Virus record (IMG/VR): IMGVR_UViG_3300020445_000001
Length of the DNA: 55,137 bases
DNA from: an uncultured virus (IMG/VR IMGVR_UViG_3300020445_000001)
Lineage: Duplodnaviria > Heunggongvirae > Uroviricota > Caudoviricetes
Strand: one strand, 5' to 3'
In this document: in pieces, positions 17,123 to 27,396 of the stretch
How positions within the stretch are numbered: the first letter of the stretch is position 1
Layout of the letters: every line of letters starts with the position of its first letter
Notes under the pieces: generated by a model
Databases searched by the model: none
What the model was told of the DNA's origin: nothing
The model's input: only the letters and a program-made list of their open reading frames with translations
Position numbers and translations under genes: made by a program

Positions 17123-18558
17123 AAATTAATCCTATGTATTGTATAATCAAATTGTTCTTCGTTGTATATATTTATTCGTTCCATAAAATGACGAAGTGTG
17201 AAGTTTTGTCTATTCTTATATGTAAAATCATCTGCAATATCAAATAATTTACATTCAGTTTTGTTATCACCTAATCTCAAACCTCTACCTATGGATTGTA
17301 AAACTCTAATTTTACTTTTAGATGGTGATGAAAATATTATGTTATGTAAATTTTTAATATTAATACCAGTAGAAAAAGTTCCATATGATGCAACAATAAT
17401 TGCATCTTTAGATTTTTCAGTTATAGCTCTAATTTCTTCTCTAGTCAACGCATCAACACCACCACTTACAAAAAATACCTTTCTACCTTTGTAGGTATTC
17501 TTCATTAATTCATATAAAGGTTTTCCGTGTTTCTCTACAAATTGATATAACACCAATGTATTTCCTTTGAGTGGATTAACTAATTTATTTACAAAATGTA
17601 ATCTTCTTTTATCATTGACAATATAATCTATCTCATCTGCATATTTTAAATCTTTTACAATCTTACAATCATTCTCATTATATCCTAAAATTAAACTATC
17701 TATTTTAAGATTAGATAATGTTTTCTTTTCTATCAGTTCTTTTGTAGTTATAACTTTATTTGTTGTACCAAACAATCCTTCTAAAACTAATTTATGAGTT
17801 TGTAAATCATCTAGTGTACCAGTAAGTCCAAAACGATATTTACATAAATGTAATTTAGTCATTATAGATGTAAGTGATTTTGCTTTAAATAAATGAGCCT
17901 CATCACCTATTACACAACCGAATTGTTCAAAATATTTTTTAGGAAACTTATGTAAAGATTGCCAAGTAGATATCACAACATCTTTTTCTATTTTTTTACT
18001 ATAACCAGAATATACTTTTTGAATATATGATTCTAACCAACCATAGTCTATAAAATCACTAGACATCTGTTCTACTAAACTTGTTGTAGGTACAAGTATC
18101 AATGTTTTAAGATTTTTTAAATGACACCATCTTGTAAGACCGTAAATGATTAACGATTTACCAGATGCAGTAGGACAAACAAAAAGACCACGACATTTTC
18201 TGGCACCATAAAGAATACTAGAAATCTGATAATCACGAGCTTTGTATGGAATTTTAAGGTGTTTAATAAATGAAATAATAGTTGATTCATCAATGTCCTC
18301 TGGTTTTGTATTAAAATCTAATTCGTATCTAATGTCATTGCGTTTACAGAACTCTCTGATGTATGGTAATAATCCCAAATAGATTTGTCCAGTAGCAACT
18401 GAGAATAATCGTATTTTTCCATCCCATATTTTATTTCTATAACTGGGCATAAATTTTGCACCAGGCACTTCAAAGGTAAAATACTCTGAGAGTTCTCTTG
18501 CAATATGTGGTTCGGTTTCAATTCGTATGTATACTTCATTTTTTTTCTCTATTTTCAT
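17119..18558 (-). CDS. uvsW: DNA helicase UvsW
   Basis: PTASGKS, DEAH, GLTGT, STGINI, QSIGRGLR. Confidence 0.96.
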   Translation of the reverse strand: MKIEKKNEVYIRIETEPHIARELSEYFTFEVPGAKFMPSYRNKIWDGKIRLFSVATGQIYLGLLPYIREFCKRNDIRYELDFNTKPEDIDESTIISFIKHLKIPYKARDYQISSILYGARKCRGLFVCPTASGKSLIIYGLTRWCHLKNLKTLILVPTTSLVEQMSSDFIDYGWLESYIQKVYSGYSKKIEKDVVISTWQSLHKFPKKYFEQFGCVIGDEAHLFKAKSLTSIMTKLHLCKYRFGLTGTLDDLQTHKLVLEGLFGTTNKVITTKELIEKKTLSNLKIDSLILGYNENDCKIVKDLKYADEIDYIVNDKRRLHFVNKLVNPLKGNTLVLYQFVEKHGKPLYELMKNTYKGRKVFFVSGGVDALTREEIRAITEKSKDAIIVASYGTFSTGINIKNLHNIIFSSPSKSKIRVLQSIGRGLRLGDNKTECKLFDIADDFTYKNRQNFTLRHFMERINIYNEEQFDYTIHRINL

Positions 18559-19270
18559 AAGGTACTTCTTCTTTGTTCAATTCTGGAAAAGCATCTCTTT
18601 TAGATAAAAGTTCTTCATCTGCCTTTGTAGCAGCTGCAATCTTTTCCTTATCTTTCGTTGTGTGTGAAAGACCAAGTGATGGTCTAGAATCAAATTTACA
18701 AAAATCACCAAATGGCCCATTTTTGTCTACATAATGTAAAAATACTTGTGTTTGCCACGCACCCTCTGGTGCATCAAATGCTTCTCTCCAATGTTCCACT
18801 TCACACCCACGATAGATTACTCCATCACCAGGCTCCATAGGAATCATCTTACCCTTTGTACCTCTTTTACCATCTTCTGAACCAACAAACATACCCCAGT
18901 TATAATCTTCTTTACCCTTGTAATCATATCCTAAACAACAAGTAATAGATACTTCACAAGATGGTCTATCTTTATGTCTTTTTAATACATCACCTACTTT
19001 GTACAATCTATAATAAGAATAACTAGGCCACAATTCTAAACCAGTAGATTGTTCTATTTTCTTTCTACCAAAATTCAAAAGTGTTTCCATAAGTGGGTCA
19101 CCATAAACACTATGACTGCCAGGAATTTGTGCATTTTCAGTTTCTGGTTGAAATAGTCTTGCTTTATCGTAATGTGAATATTGTGCCCCTACTTTTGCAA
19201 TATCTTTAGGTATCATTTCTTTTATAAGAACATACTTTTTTTCTTTAAAAAATTTTACAGTATCAATCAT
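18536..19270 (-). CDS. 2OG-Fe(II) oxygenase
   Basis: LKRHKDRPSCEVSIT...PGDGVIYRGCEVEHWRE...QVFLHYV. Confidence 0.85.
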   Translation of the reverse strand: MIDTVKFFKEKKYVLIKEMIPKDIAKVGAQYSHYDKARLFQPETENAQIPGSHSVYGDPLMETLLNFGRKKIEQSTGLELWPSYSYYRLYKVGDVLKRHKDRPSCEVSITCCLGYDYKGKEDYNWGMFVGSEDGKRGTKGKMIPMEPGDGVIYRGCEVEHWREAFDAPEGAWQTQVFLHYVDKNGPFGDFCKFDSRPSLGLSHTTKDKEKIAAATKADEELLSKRDAFPELNKEEVPYENREKK

Positions 19271-20130
19271 TTAAACATCTTTCCTAAATTCCATACTACT
19301 AAAGAGTATCTAGTTCCCTCAGTAACTGGAGTGACCAAGTGGTGTATGAATGATGGAAATACTATGATAGAACCTCTTGGTCTTATTTCTGTACAAGTGT
19401 GATATCTTTTATTACCCATATGGGGCCCTAAATCAAATTTAAGATTACCACCTTTGTAATTTTTTGGATTGGTTAAATTTATCGTTACGGATAATTTTCT
19501 AGTCTTCCAGAATTGATTTGGATTATCTACAAAACCAGGCGCTGGAATATATCTTGGTAATCCTTCAAATTTACCACCCCTATATGTTTTATCAAACTTT
19601 ATTTCTTTACCAGTATCATCTTTTGCAATCATATAATTACCATCATTATCTTTTCTTCTTTGTTCTTCTACTGTTGGGTCAAATGGTATGTATGGTCTTG
19701 AACCACCATCAGTATGCCAAGAATAAAACTGGCCTGGATTGTATACTGTGAATTGACAAGTTTCAGAAAAATCCCATTCGTAATTCCAATTTGCTTTTTG
19801 ATTTGCTTCTCGTATAAATGGGTGTATTAAATCATATATCCATTTATCTGCTAACCACCCAACTTTAGTATCTCTAACATAAACATCTTCTTCTTTAATA
19901 CCTTTTTTTCTTCTACCTTGTGCAGTCAAATGATTTTGTGCGATATTACCAGCATTAGATGTTTCACCACCCTTTTGTCTAAAATCAAAAGTAGTAGCAT
20001 CAGTTGCTTGCTTTCCATTCTTTTGTTCTGTGAGAGTCATATCAGATAACCCTCTTTCTATAATTGCATTACATTGTTGGTCATTTAATGCACCTATGAA
20101 ATAATAGTAGTTATTTTCACATATACTCAT
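19267..20130 (-). CDS. 2OG-Fe(II) oxygenase, prolyl-4-hydroxylase/PKHD type
   Basis: QFTVY...YSWHTD...RKLSVTINL...YKGGNL...GSIIVFPSFIHHLVTPVTEGTRYSLVVW. Confidence 0.9.
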   Translation of the reverse strand: MSICENNYYYFIGALNDQQCNAIIERGLSDMTLTEQKNGKQATDATTFDFRQKGGETSNAGNIAQNHLTAQGRRKKGIKEEDVYVRDTKVGWLADKWIYDLIHPFIREANQKANWNYEWDFSETCQFTVYNPGQFYSWHTDGGSRPYIPFDPTVEEQRRKDNDGNYMIAKDDTGKEIKFDKTYRGGKFEGLPRYIPAPGFVDNPNQFWKTRKLSVTINLTNPKNYKGGNLKFDLGPHMGNKRYHTCTEIRPRGSIIVFPSFIHHLVTPVTEGTRYSLVVWNLGKMFK

Positions 20131-20537
20131 AATGCACCCTCCGTATATTTAATCCAAGTTGTTATATTTCTTAATTGAAATCCTCTACTATGCAAATTTT
20201 TTACTATATGTTCTAAATAACCAGAAACTACTTTAAGATAATCTAGTTTAGATTGTAGTCTAATCATATCTTCATCTGATTCTAAATATGTTGGAATATC
20301 TTGTCTAAGAATTTTTAACTCAAATGGTTTCTCTGCTTTACCAGAATAGTATTCCCATTTTTGTTTTTTTAATATTTTCATATCAGTTTCAGCCTTACTT
20401 AACATAAGTCTAAAATTAGTGTAAAGTTTTAAATATTTATTTAATAATGCTGGACTTCTAGTCTCTTCTAGATTGATATTAGTTTCATCAATCTTTGAGT
20501 CTTTGTCAAACATTTCTTGTATTTTTGTTAAATCCAT
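20127..20537 (-). CDS. uvsY: Recombination mediator UvsY
   Basis: MDLTKIQEMFDKDSKID...KWEYYSGKA...YLESDED...RGFQLRNITTWIKY. Confidence 0.9.
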   Translation of the reverse strand: MDLTKIQEMFDKDSKIDETNINLEETRSPALLNKYLKLYTNFRLMLSKAETDMKILKKQKWEYYSGKAEKPFELKILRQDIPTYLESDEDMIRLQSKLDYLKVVSGYLEHIVKNLHSRGFQLRNITTWIKYTEGAL

Positions 20538-20542
20538 ACTAT

Positions 20543-20571
20543 ATTATATACCATAATTAAAAAGTTGTCAA
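20543..20571 (-). promoter_or_regulatory. Sigma70-type promoter, leaderless for uvsY
   Basis: TTGACA-N17-TATAAT, 5 nt to the ATG, no SD. Confidence 0.75.
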
Positions 20572-20574
20572 GTC

Positions 20575-21165
20575 TTATAACGATTCAAATTTAAATAATT
20601 GATATTGAAAAGTTGCAGTTGCACTCATATATTGAGTATCTGCTTGGTCATTTGTATATTGTAACGCAGAAAGTGATACTGGATATACATTTGAAAAGTT
20701 AACATTTAATACTGGGTTATTCTTATTAGATAGTATTGTTAATGATGCATCTGAATACATTGCACCATCTGGTGTTCTAGGTTTAGGTGTATCTGAAGGT
20801 GCATTTATTTTTGATTGAGATGTAGGAAACTGGTCTACATTTTCTTGTCTAAAACTTTTGAACTGAGCTCTATCTTCTGGAAATCCAATCGCCATAATCC
20901 AGTTAAAAAGTTCTTGATAATTCTGTAATTTTTCATCTACTAAAAAAGTTATTTCAAGATTTTCAAATGTTACCTTATCTGGTAAAACTGGAATATCTTT
21001 GAAAGGTGTAGGAAATATTGCATCACCCATATTAACGCCTGGTATATTACACGCAGTAGTAAAGAATTGTACTTTAGGTAATTGTATAATAGAGAACCTA
21101 TACTGACTTGGTGCAGAATAGTCTATCTCTTCTGGCTGTCTTGTGAGTGCGTTTAAATCTGTCAT
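20575..21165 (-). CDS. gp3: Tail completion / tube terminator protein
   Basis: PKVQFF..ACNIPG...FENLEITFLVDEKLQNYQELFNWI...SDASLTIL...YPVSLS; start placed at ATG 21165, downstream of the late promoter. Confidence 0.85.
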   Translation of the reverse strand: MTDLNALTRQPEEIDYSAPSQYRFSIIQLPKVQFFTTACNIPGVNMGDAIFPTPFKDIPVLPDKVTFENLEITFLVDEKLQNYQELFNWIMAIGFPEDRAQFKSFRQENVDQFPTSQSKINAPSDTPKPRTPDGAMYSDASLTILSNKNNPVLNVNFSNVYPVSLSALQYTNDQADTQYMSATATFQYQLFKFESL

Positions 21166-21170
21166 ACTAT

Positions 21171-21178
21171 TATTTATA
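21171..21178 (-). promoter_or_regulatory. Late promoter for gp3
   Basis: TATAAATA 5 nt before the ATG. Confidence 0.75.
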
Positions 21179-21181
21179 ATC

Positions 21182-21212
21182 AAAAAAAAAGGGGAGCGAA
21201 CTCCCCTTTTTT
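21182..21212 (-). terminator. Intrinsic terminator after gp23
   Basis: GGGGAG-TTCG-CTCCCC followed by T9 (UUCG loop). Confidence 0.9.
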
Positions 21213-21234
21213 GTGGTGTGGTAGATTGTAGTTA

Positions 21235-22575
21235 TTACATTAAGTTAGCGACTTTAACTCTTCTGTAATATTGGTTAGTTTCTTTAGTAAATGCAGTATT
21301 TGAAGAACCAGCATCGTTGTTATCAGCTAACGCACCAGCGTCAACTGCGAATGGGTTATCAATCATACCGTATCTAGTTTTAAAACCGATTTTAGGTTGG
21401 AAAGTTTGCTCACCAACTGCTCTCACCATTTGTAGTGGAACATATGGGCAATAGAAAGTACCAGCATCATAAGGTGAAGTACCTTTATATCCAACAACAT
21501 AGTATTGACTTGCAGCTACATTTGCAGCGTATGGGTCAACATATACTCTGTAACGACCATTCAATACACCAGCAAAAGTGTTTTGAGTGTCATCAACTTG
21601 TAGGTTGTTGTTTAATGCAGATTGGTAATCTAGAATTCCAGCCATTTGTAAAGCAGAAGCAACATCAGCACTTACTAGTAAGATGTTACCTTTTCCTCTA
21701 CGAGTCTTTTGACCGATTGCATTTGCATCTCTTTCAATTTGGAACATTAGACCTTTGAATTTTTCAACAGACCATCTACCGTTAGAGTCTGTATCTAAGT
21801 CAAAAGTACCAGAAGTAGTTGTATTTACAGCAGCACCTTCTACGGCAGTTCTGTAAATTCTTCTTACTACTTCCCTATTGATTTCTGCAAGAATTTCAGC
21901 AGAAAGGATGTTTGCAAGTTCTGTTTCTGCATCAAGACCGTGAATTGCTTTTAAGTCTTGTGCAAGTTCCATTGTGTACTCAGCTTTAAGTGCTCTAGAC
22001 TTTGCAGTAACAGTTGATTTCTCAATAGAGAAAGCCATTTGTGCAAAGTGGTTTTGAGAACTATCACCTAATGCTTCTGCCTGTGCAGCAGTCATACCTT
22101 GTGCGAAAGTATAAGCGCCTTCTGGAGAGTCATTAAGTACACTTGGGTTAGTACCTTGTTGTGCAGCTGTCAGTGAAGATGATGAGTTATCAGCAGAATG
22201 TTCGCCATCTGCTTCATCAACTAGTGCTTCTGCACCAGACTGGTCATCAAATCTTGAACGCATAGCAAAGATTAAACCAGTTGGGCCAGTCATTGGTTGC
22301 ACACCACAAATGTCATATGCAATTAAGTTTGGCATAGCTCTTCTTACTAATGAAATTAGGATCGGATCCCAATTTGCCATTGGATTAGCACCAGCTGCAG
22401 TTGCGTTAGTAGGAACTGATTCTGACAAGAAAGAAGCATCTTCTCTAAGTGCCTTTTCTTGGTTTTCTAAAATAACAGTAGTGACGGCTCTTCTATAAGC
22501 ATCGTTGATTTTTGGTAAATCTGGATGGTCTAGAACGGGCTGCCACTTCTCTTGTAAATGTGTTGTTTGAAACAT
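21235..22575 (-). CDS. gp23: Major capsid protein
   Basis: LQEKWQPVL...LVRRAMPNLIAYDICGVQPMTGPTGLIFAMR...KSRALKAEYTMELAQDLKAIHGLDAE...FQPKIGFKTRYG. Confidence 0.99.
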   Translation of the reverse strand: MFQTTHLQEKWQPVLDHPDLPKINDAYRRAVTTVILENQEKALREDASFLSESVPTNATAAGANPMANWDPILISLVRRAMPNLIAYDICGVQPMTGPTGLIFAMRSRFDDQSGAEALVDEADGEHSADNSSSSLTAAQQGTNPSVLNDSPEGAYTFAQGMTAAQAEALGDSSQNHFAQMAFSIEKSTVTAKSRALKAEYTMELAQDLKAIHGLDAETELANILSAEILAEINREVVRRIYRTAVEGAAVNTTTSGTFDLDTDSNGRWSVEKFKGLMFQIERDANAIGQKTRRGKGNILLVSADVASALQMAGILDYQSALNNNLQVDDTQNTFAGVLNGRYRVYVDPYAANVAASQYYVVGYKGTSPYDAGTFYCPYVPLQMVRAVGEQTFQPKIGFKTRYGMIDNPFAVDAGALADNNDAGSSNTAFTKETNQYYRRVKVANLM

Positions 22576-22610
22576 CTTAGTTTCTCCTTATATATTTACT
22601 ATATTTATCA

Positions 22611-23822
22611 TTACGATTTATTTACTGCCCTTTTATGGGTTTTGTTAATTGCAGCCGTATATGCCGCCATTATATCTGAGTTTGCTTCAATAGTCTTAGG
22701 ACTTTCAGCGTCTTCAGATAATACTTCTTCAACTTTTTTCTCTGAAGGGAAGTATGATTCTTTCAAAGTAGATAGTTTTTCTTTAAAAGATTCTTCATCA
22801 GTGAATTCAACATCAGCAGTTAAAGAATGAAATTTTTCTTTTTCTGTTTCAGCTAGATTCTTTACAACTTCAGAAATTAATGATTCACGAACAAGTTCAC
22901 CAACTTTATTCTTAGCTGATTTATCTTGTTCCATCAAATCGTTCACTTTTGCTTTTAGTTCCTCAATTTCTTTAGTCTGTGCTTCAAGAATGTCATATTT
23001 TTCGTTTGGAACATCAATATAGTGGTCTTCAAATAAAGATTTAAGACCAGTAATAAAGTCTTCAGCGATTTCTCCCTTTAGACCTCTTTCAATAGCAAGT
23101 TGATTTTCTTTTTTCCACTCTTCAGTAACATAAGTTAGATATGAGTCAATTTTCTCAACCATATCTTCTTTTGCTTCTTCAATAGCTTGTACTTTCTCTT
23201 CTTGTAAAGTTCCCTTTACTTCAGAGATTTTAGATGATACTGCAGCTTCAAATATTGTTTCAGCTTTAGCTTTGAACTCATCAGAAAAGTCTTCACCTTC
23301 TAGTAATGCATTAACATCTTTTTTAACATCAATACTCTCAGTTGTCTGTTTTTTATGATTTTTACCATAAATTTCAGAGGCAAGTTGAGTTTTAGTCATA
23401 CCTTTGGTGTATTGATTAACGAGTTCAGTTTTAGAAAGTTTAGATAATTTTGATACAGCTTCTTCCATATCGTCATCATCATCATCTTCTTCATCATCTG
23501 TTTTCATATCTTTAGGTTCTTCTTCGTCCTCATCATCGTTTTCAGCTTCTTTAATAGTATCAGCCTTTTCTGGAGGAACAGCACCTTTAGTGGGTGCAGA
23601 AGTGTCCTTTTTAACTTTTTTTGCGGCGTCTGGTTTTCCAACCATATTCGCATCTTTTTCGGGCGTTGGGCCACCTACATCTTCTGGTTTTTCACCATCT
23701 TTCATTTTTGGCATAGGGTCTGCCTTACCACCAGTAGAATTAGGTTTTTTGCCGTTGGCTTCATCTAGTTCCGCTACGACTTCTTTTTCCAACTCCTCAA
23801 TAGTCTTATCTAGTTCTGACAT
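22611..23822 (-). CDS. gp22: Prohead core scaffold protein
   Basis: Acidic coiled coil; FKAKAETIFEAAV...YLTYVTEEW..EN.LAIERGLKGEIAEDF. Confidence 0.93.
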   Translation of the reverse strand: MSELDKTIEELEKEVVAELDEANGKKPNSTGGKADPMPKMKDGEKPEDVGGPTPEKDANMVGKPDAAKKVKKDTSAPTKGAVPPEKADTIKEAENDDEDEEEPKDMKTDDEEDDDDDDMEEAVSKLSKLSKTELVNQYTKGMTKTQLASEIYGKNHKKQTTESIDVKKDVNALLEGEDFSDEFKAKAETIFEAAVSSKISEVKGTLQEEKVQAIEEAKEDMVEKIDSYLTYVTEEWKKENQLAIERGLKGEIAEDFITGLKSLFEDHYIDVPNEKYDILEAQTKEIEELKAKVNDLMEQDKSAKNKVGELVRESLISEVVKNLAETEKEKFHSLTADVEFTDEESFKEKLSTLKESYFPSEKKVEEVLSEDAESPKTIEANSDIMAAYTAAINKTHKRAVNKS

Positions 23823-23853
23823 TGAAGGTTCTCCTTGTTTTAATTATCATTAT

Positions 23854-23861
23854 TATTTATA
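23854..23861 (-). promoter_or_regulatory. Late promoter for gp22
   Basis: TATAAATA in the intergenic gap. Confidence 0.75.
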
Positions 23862-23864
23862 GTT

Positions 23865-24512
23865 TTATAACTTTTTAAGAAATTTTGCAAACGCAAGAGC
23901 TTCCACATTTGGAAGTTTTTTACGCACAGAACTCTCTATAGTTTCAACTATTTCACTTATTTCAACTTCTTTTAGAAGTCCATTATTCCAAACCCATTCC
24001 TTACCTTCCATAATTCCGTTTACGAAAGCTTTAGGTGCAGAGGGGTCTGCAACTATATCAGCAGCAGCTGCCAACATAAAATCTTTTTTCACATAATTTG
24101 CACCGTTTTTTTGTTCAAGACTACCCATACCTCTAGAAGAAACACCAAGTGTGCCACCTTCATCTATGATATTTTTTACAATCTTACCCATTGGTGTGTT
24201 CATAATTTTTGCTTCACCTATAAAATCATCTCCATCTCTTTGTAAAGAAGTTACCATATGTGAAACTCTATCCAGATTTACCGTTGGGCCTTCTGGGTGT
24301 CCAAGTTCACCATATGCACGATTTTTTTCAATGAATTTTTCAGAGTATCTTTTTACTTCATTTTCCAAAACATCTGTTGGATATACTCTACCATTACGGT
24401 TCTTTATGTTACCTTGCATAAATACACCTTGAATTTTGTAATTTTTGCTACCTTTATCGTCTTCTTCGGTAAGAAATTTTACATTTTCAAGTGCTTCAGA
24501 TATTAATTTCAT
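23865..24512 (-). CDS. gp21: Prohead protease
   Basis: IQGVFMQ...NRNGRVYP...GELGHP.GPTVNLDRVSH...GVSSRGMGS...DIVADPSAP.AFV. Confidence 0.97.
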   Translation of the reverse strand: MKLISEALENVKFLTEEDDKGSKNYKIQGVFMQGNIKNRNGRVYPTDVLENEVKRYSEKFIEKNRAYGELGHPEGPTVNLDRVSHMVTSLQRDGDDFIGEAKIMNTPMGKIVKNIIDEGGTLGVSSRGMGSLEQKNGANYVKKDFMLAAAADIVADPSAPKAFVNGIMEGKEWVWNNGLLKEVEISEIVETIESSVRKKLPNVEALAFAKFLKKL

Positions 24513-24522
24513 TTATCTTTCC

Positions 24523-24909
24523 TTATGATAAGTTATCATAACCAGAAACTTTTCTTAATTTTAAAATAACGAAACCGACACAAGCAGCATCGTTTTCCAT
24601 ATCAATGTCACCATCTACTCCAGTTCCACCATTGTTTGAGATTATTGGTAGTTGTTGACTGCCAGTATTAAAATTACCATTACCATTTAATGTAAGTGCA
24701 GTTACTGGTGCATCTGCGTGAAACTCTATTTCAGTAGTTGAACTTACACTCCAAGTGCAAGATACAATCGCAAGTCTAGGATTTGTTGAAGCTCCAGCAA
24801 GACTAGATGCATCTACAACTCCGGCTGCAGTACCGTTTGTTCCAGTAATTGTAATATGAACCACCGTTTCAAAATCTGTATCTTTTAGATTTCTTACTGT
24901 AAAAGCCAT
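24523..24909 (-). CDS. Hypothetical protein, probably head-associated
   Basis: Intact ORF with SD AGGA within the head module. Confidence 0.65.
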   Translation of the reverse strand: MAFTVRNLKDTDFETVVHITITGTNGTAAGVVDASSLAGASTNPRLAIVSCTWSVSSTTEIEFHADAPVTALTLNGNGNFNTGSQQLPIISNNGGTGVDGDIDMENDAACVGFVILKLRKVSGYDNLS

Positions 24910-24910
24910 T

Positions 24911-25159
24911 TTACTTTCCTATTGTTAACATTTCTCTTTCAAAGTAACTCATCAATTCTTTGTTTGTCACTTTGTGTTTTTTAGAGACTAAATTAATATT
25001 GTTCTCAAAACTATTTATAAAATCTGAGGAGTTAGAATCCATTTTATTGAATATTTCATCAACTGCCTTCTTCATTTTAGGAGTCAGTTTTCTGTATTCC
25101 TTACTTCTTTTATGTTCGTCTTTTTCTACTATTTTAGAATAAAAACTATCAAACTTCAT
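24911..25159 (-). CDS. Small head-module protein (position of prohead core gp68)
   Basis: Synteny between gp20 and gp21. Confidence 0.55.
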   Translation of the reverse strand: MKFDSFYSKIVEKDEHKRSKEYRKLTPKMKKAVDEIFNKMDSNSSDFINSFENNINLVSKKHKVTNKELMSYFEREMLTIGK

Positions 25160-25334
25160 CTTCCCCTACCTCTGGTATGTGTGATGTTACTATATCTTTT
25201 GAAATAGTTTGTCTTTCTTTTTCTAAAGTTTCTCCAACCTTATCAGACATAACACTTTTGAAATCAGACTCTGATTCTAAATTGTTTCCGTTAACTATAT
25301 TATCAACCATTGATTTTATTTTTTCCTGGCTCAT
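25149..25334 (-). CDS. Small prohead core protein (gp67-like)
   Basis: MSQEKIKSMVDNIVNG...FKSVMSDKVGETLEKER; SD AGGAG; follows the portal gene. Confidence 0.6.
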   Translation of the reverse strand: MSQEKIKSMVDNIVNGNNLESESDFKSVMSDKVGETLEKERQTISKDIVTSHIPEVGEDEV

Positions 25335-26823
25335 TACCATCTCCTTTTTGTTCAAAGTTGTTATCGCCATTTTCTTCATTATCGTCACCCTCACCCTCTA
25401 TTTGTTTTTGCATTTCACCTATTTCGTCATCTGTTAAGTGTAATACATTCTTTTTTACCCACTCTTTAGAGAAGTATGTACCAACATAGTTTTCTACTTG
25501 TGATAACATTTCTAATCTTTCTTTGAGTAATTCTGCATTTTTTAATTCAGTAAAGTTATTATCTTGTAAGAAATCAAACTGTATGTGTTCAGACATTTGT
25601 TTCCATTCTTCTTCTGCAATAACACCAGTAAGAATTAATTGTGTTCTAAGTAAATCATTAAAAATTACAGAGAATTTCTTTCTTAACTTACCTACAAATT
25701 TAGTAAATTTTAATTCATCTCTTGTAATCTCAGTTGACCTACCTAATGAAAAGTTTTGTTCTGCTTCTAATCTTGAGATAGGAACATTTAATGAACGATA
25801 TAACTTTCTTTGAAAGTATGTAATATCATCTATCTCACCAAGATTTGCACCACCAGGCAGTGTAGTAATCTCTGTACCTCTACCACCTTCTCTTCTTGGT
25901 AACCAAAAATCTTCTAACATAGACATATGATTTCTATCGTCACGAATTTCACCAGTAGATGCATCATATACTAGTTTGTTGCGATAACGATTCATAACAT
26001 CTTTTAGATATTGTTCTGCTTTTATTTTAGGTAAATTACCTACATCAATATAAAATATTCTTCTTTCTGGGGCTCTTGATATTCTGTATATTACCACAGA
26101 GTCCTCAATCATTCTTAATTGATTTACTGGTTTGATTGCTTTATTAAGATACGATAATACAGTACCTTTATGCATATCAATAAGTCCAGATGGACAATAT
26201 GCGATTGAATCATATGTTAATTTAACACCAGTAGAAGTATTATTTACTTGATGTCCTTGTTGATTATAAATGTAAAACTCTTTAAACTTTTTTACAACAT
26301 CAACTTGACCTTTTTTACTAGTCTCTACTTCTCTAACTTTTTTAATTTTTCTAGGGTCAATGTAACGAAGTTGTTGAACACCATTTCTGGGATTTTTTGC
26401 ATCAATAACTTTGTGATAGAATAATCTTCCATCAACATACCATCTTCTAAAAATATCGTGTGCTTTATTATTAAAATCTAATAATTGTAGAACTTTTTCA
26501 AATTCTTCTTTAATTCTTTTTTTAATTGAAGTAGAAACTTGTAAATTATCTAATGCAATGGATACACACATATCTCTTTCATCAGATGCGATTGCCTCAC
26601 TTACGATATCTTCTATTGCACTATCACACTCTGGTTGTATTGCAATATCTCTATATCTTCGGATTAAATCATCTTCTGTGCGTGAACGACCATCTGTATC
26701 TAGGATTGTGGAATAGAAACCACCACCAGATATATCGTATGTACCATCATCAGTAGCTGGAGGCGTTACTGCCCCCAACTCCTTTTCTTTTCTTTTTATT
26801 TCAAAACCAAAAAACTCAGCCAT
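25303..26823 (-). CDS. gp20: Portal vertex protein
   Basis: FRRWYVDGR...YRISRAPERRIFYIDVGNLPK.KAEQYL...MLEDFWLPRREGGRGTEITTLPG. Confidence 0.98.
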   Translation of the reverse strand: MAEFFGFEIKRKEKELGAVTPPATDDGTYDISGGGFYSTILDTDGRSRTEDDLIRRYRDIAIQPECDSAIEDIVSEAIASDERDMCVSIALDNLQVSTSIKKRIKEEFEKVLQLLDFNNKAHDIFRRWYVDGRLFYHKVIDAKNPRNGVQQLRYIDPRKIKKVREVETSKKGQVDVVKKFKEFYIYNQQGHQVNNTSTGVKLTYDSIAYCPSGLIDMHKGTVLSYLNKAIKPVNQLRMIEDSVVIYRISRAPERRIFYIDVGNLPKIKAEQYLKDVMNRYRNKLVYDASTGEIRDDRNHMSMLEDFWLPRREGGRGTEITTLPGGANLGEIDDITYFQRKLYRSLNVPISRLEAEQNFSLGRSTEITRDELKFTKFVGKLRKKFSVIFNDLLRTQLILTGVIAEEEWKQMSEHIQFDFLQDNNFTELKNAELLKERLEMLSQVENYVGTYFSKEWVKKNVLHLTDDEIGEMQKQIEGEGDDNEENGDNNFEQKGDGNEPGKNKING

Positions 26824-26858
26824 TATCTACAACTCCTTTATATTATTATATTTATGAG

Positions 26859-27392
26859 TTATAAATTAATGCCTGTGACTCTGAATGTGTCATATCTCCA
26901 AATGATATCAAATTGTTCAATAGCATCATTAGTATCATATGCAAGGTCTATTGCACCTAATGATTGAGGAAAACAACCTTCAAGTACATATTGATGAAGA
27001 ATTGTATCATCTCTATCTAATTGTTGAACAATCATATCTACTCTGTAATCAGCTGGGTTGGTTGCACCAGTATTATTAACTAAGTCATTAATACCGTTCA
27101 TCCATCTTTCAACTTCTCTACGAACTCCAAAATCTGTATCGTTAAATACAGAAGTAGTCCAAGTATCAAATGTTCTTTCACCAGCAACATAAAGAGTTCT
27201 ACCTCTGAATGGAATTGCAATTTCAGCAAGTGCTTGACCAGGCAAAGATGCTGACCTACACAGAAATGCAAACTGTTCAGTATTGATAGCTGCAGTTACT
27301 TGTCCGACTGGAGGAGGTAATATTACCCTAAACTGATTGGCACGAGCACCACCACCAGCAAGTCTTGATTTAAAGTCATTAATATTTGCCAT
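26859..27392 (-). CDS. gp19: Tail tube protein
   Basis: GGGARANQFRV...LPG......IPFRGR...AGERTFDTWT..VFND...ERWMNGIN. Confidence 0.95.
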   Translation of the reverse strand: MANINDFKSRLAGGGARANQFRVILPPPVGQVTAAINTEQFAFLCRSASLPGQALAEIAIPFRGRTLYVAGERTFDTWTTSVFNDTDFGVRREVERWMNGINDLVNNTGATNPADYRVDMIVQQLDRDDTILHQYVLEGCFPQSLGAIDLAYDTNDAIEQFDIIWRYDTFRVTGINL

Positions 27393-27396
27393 CTAA

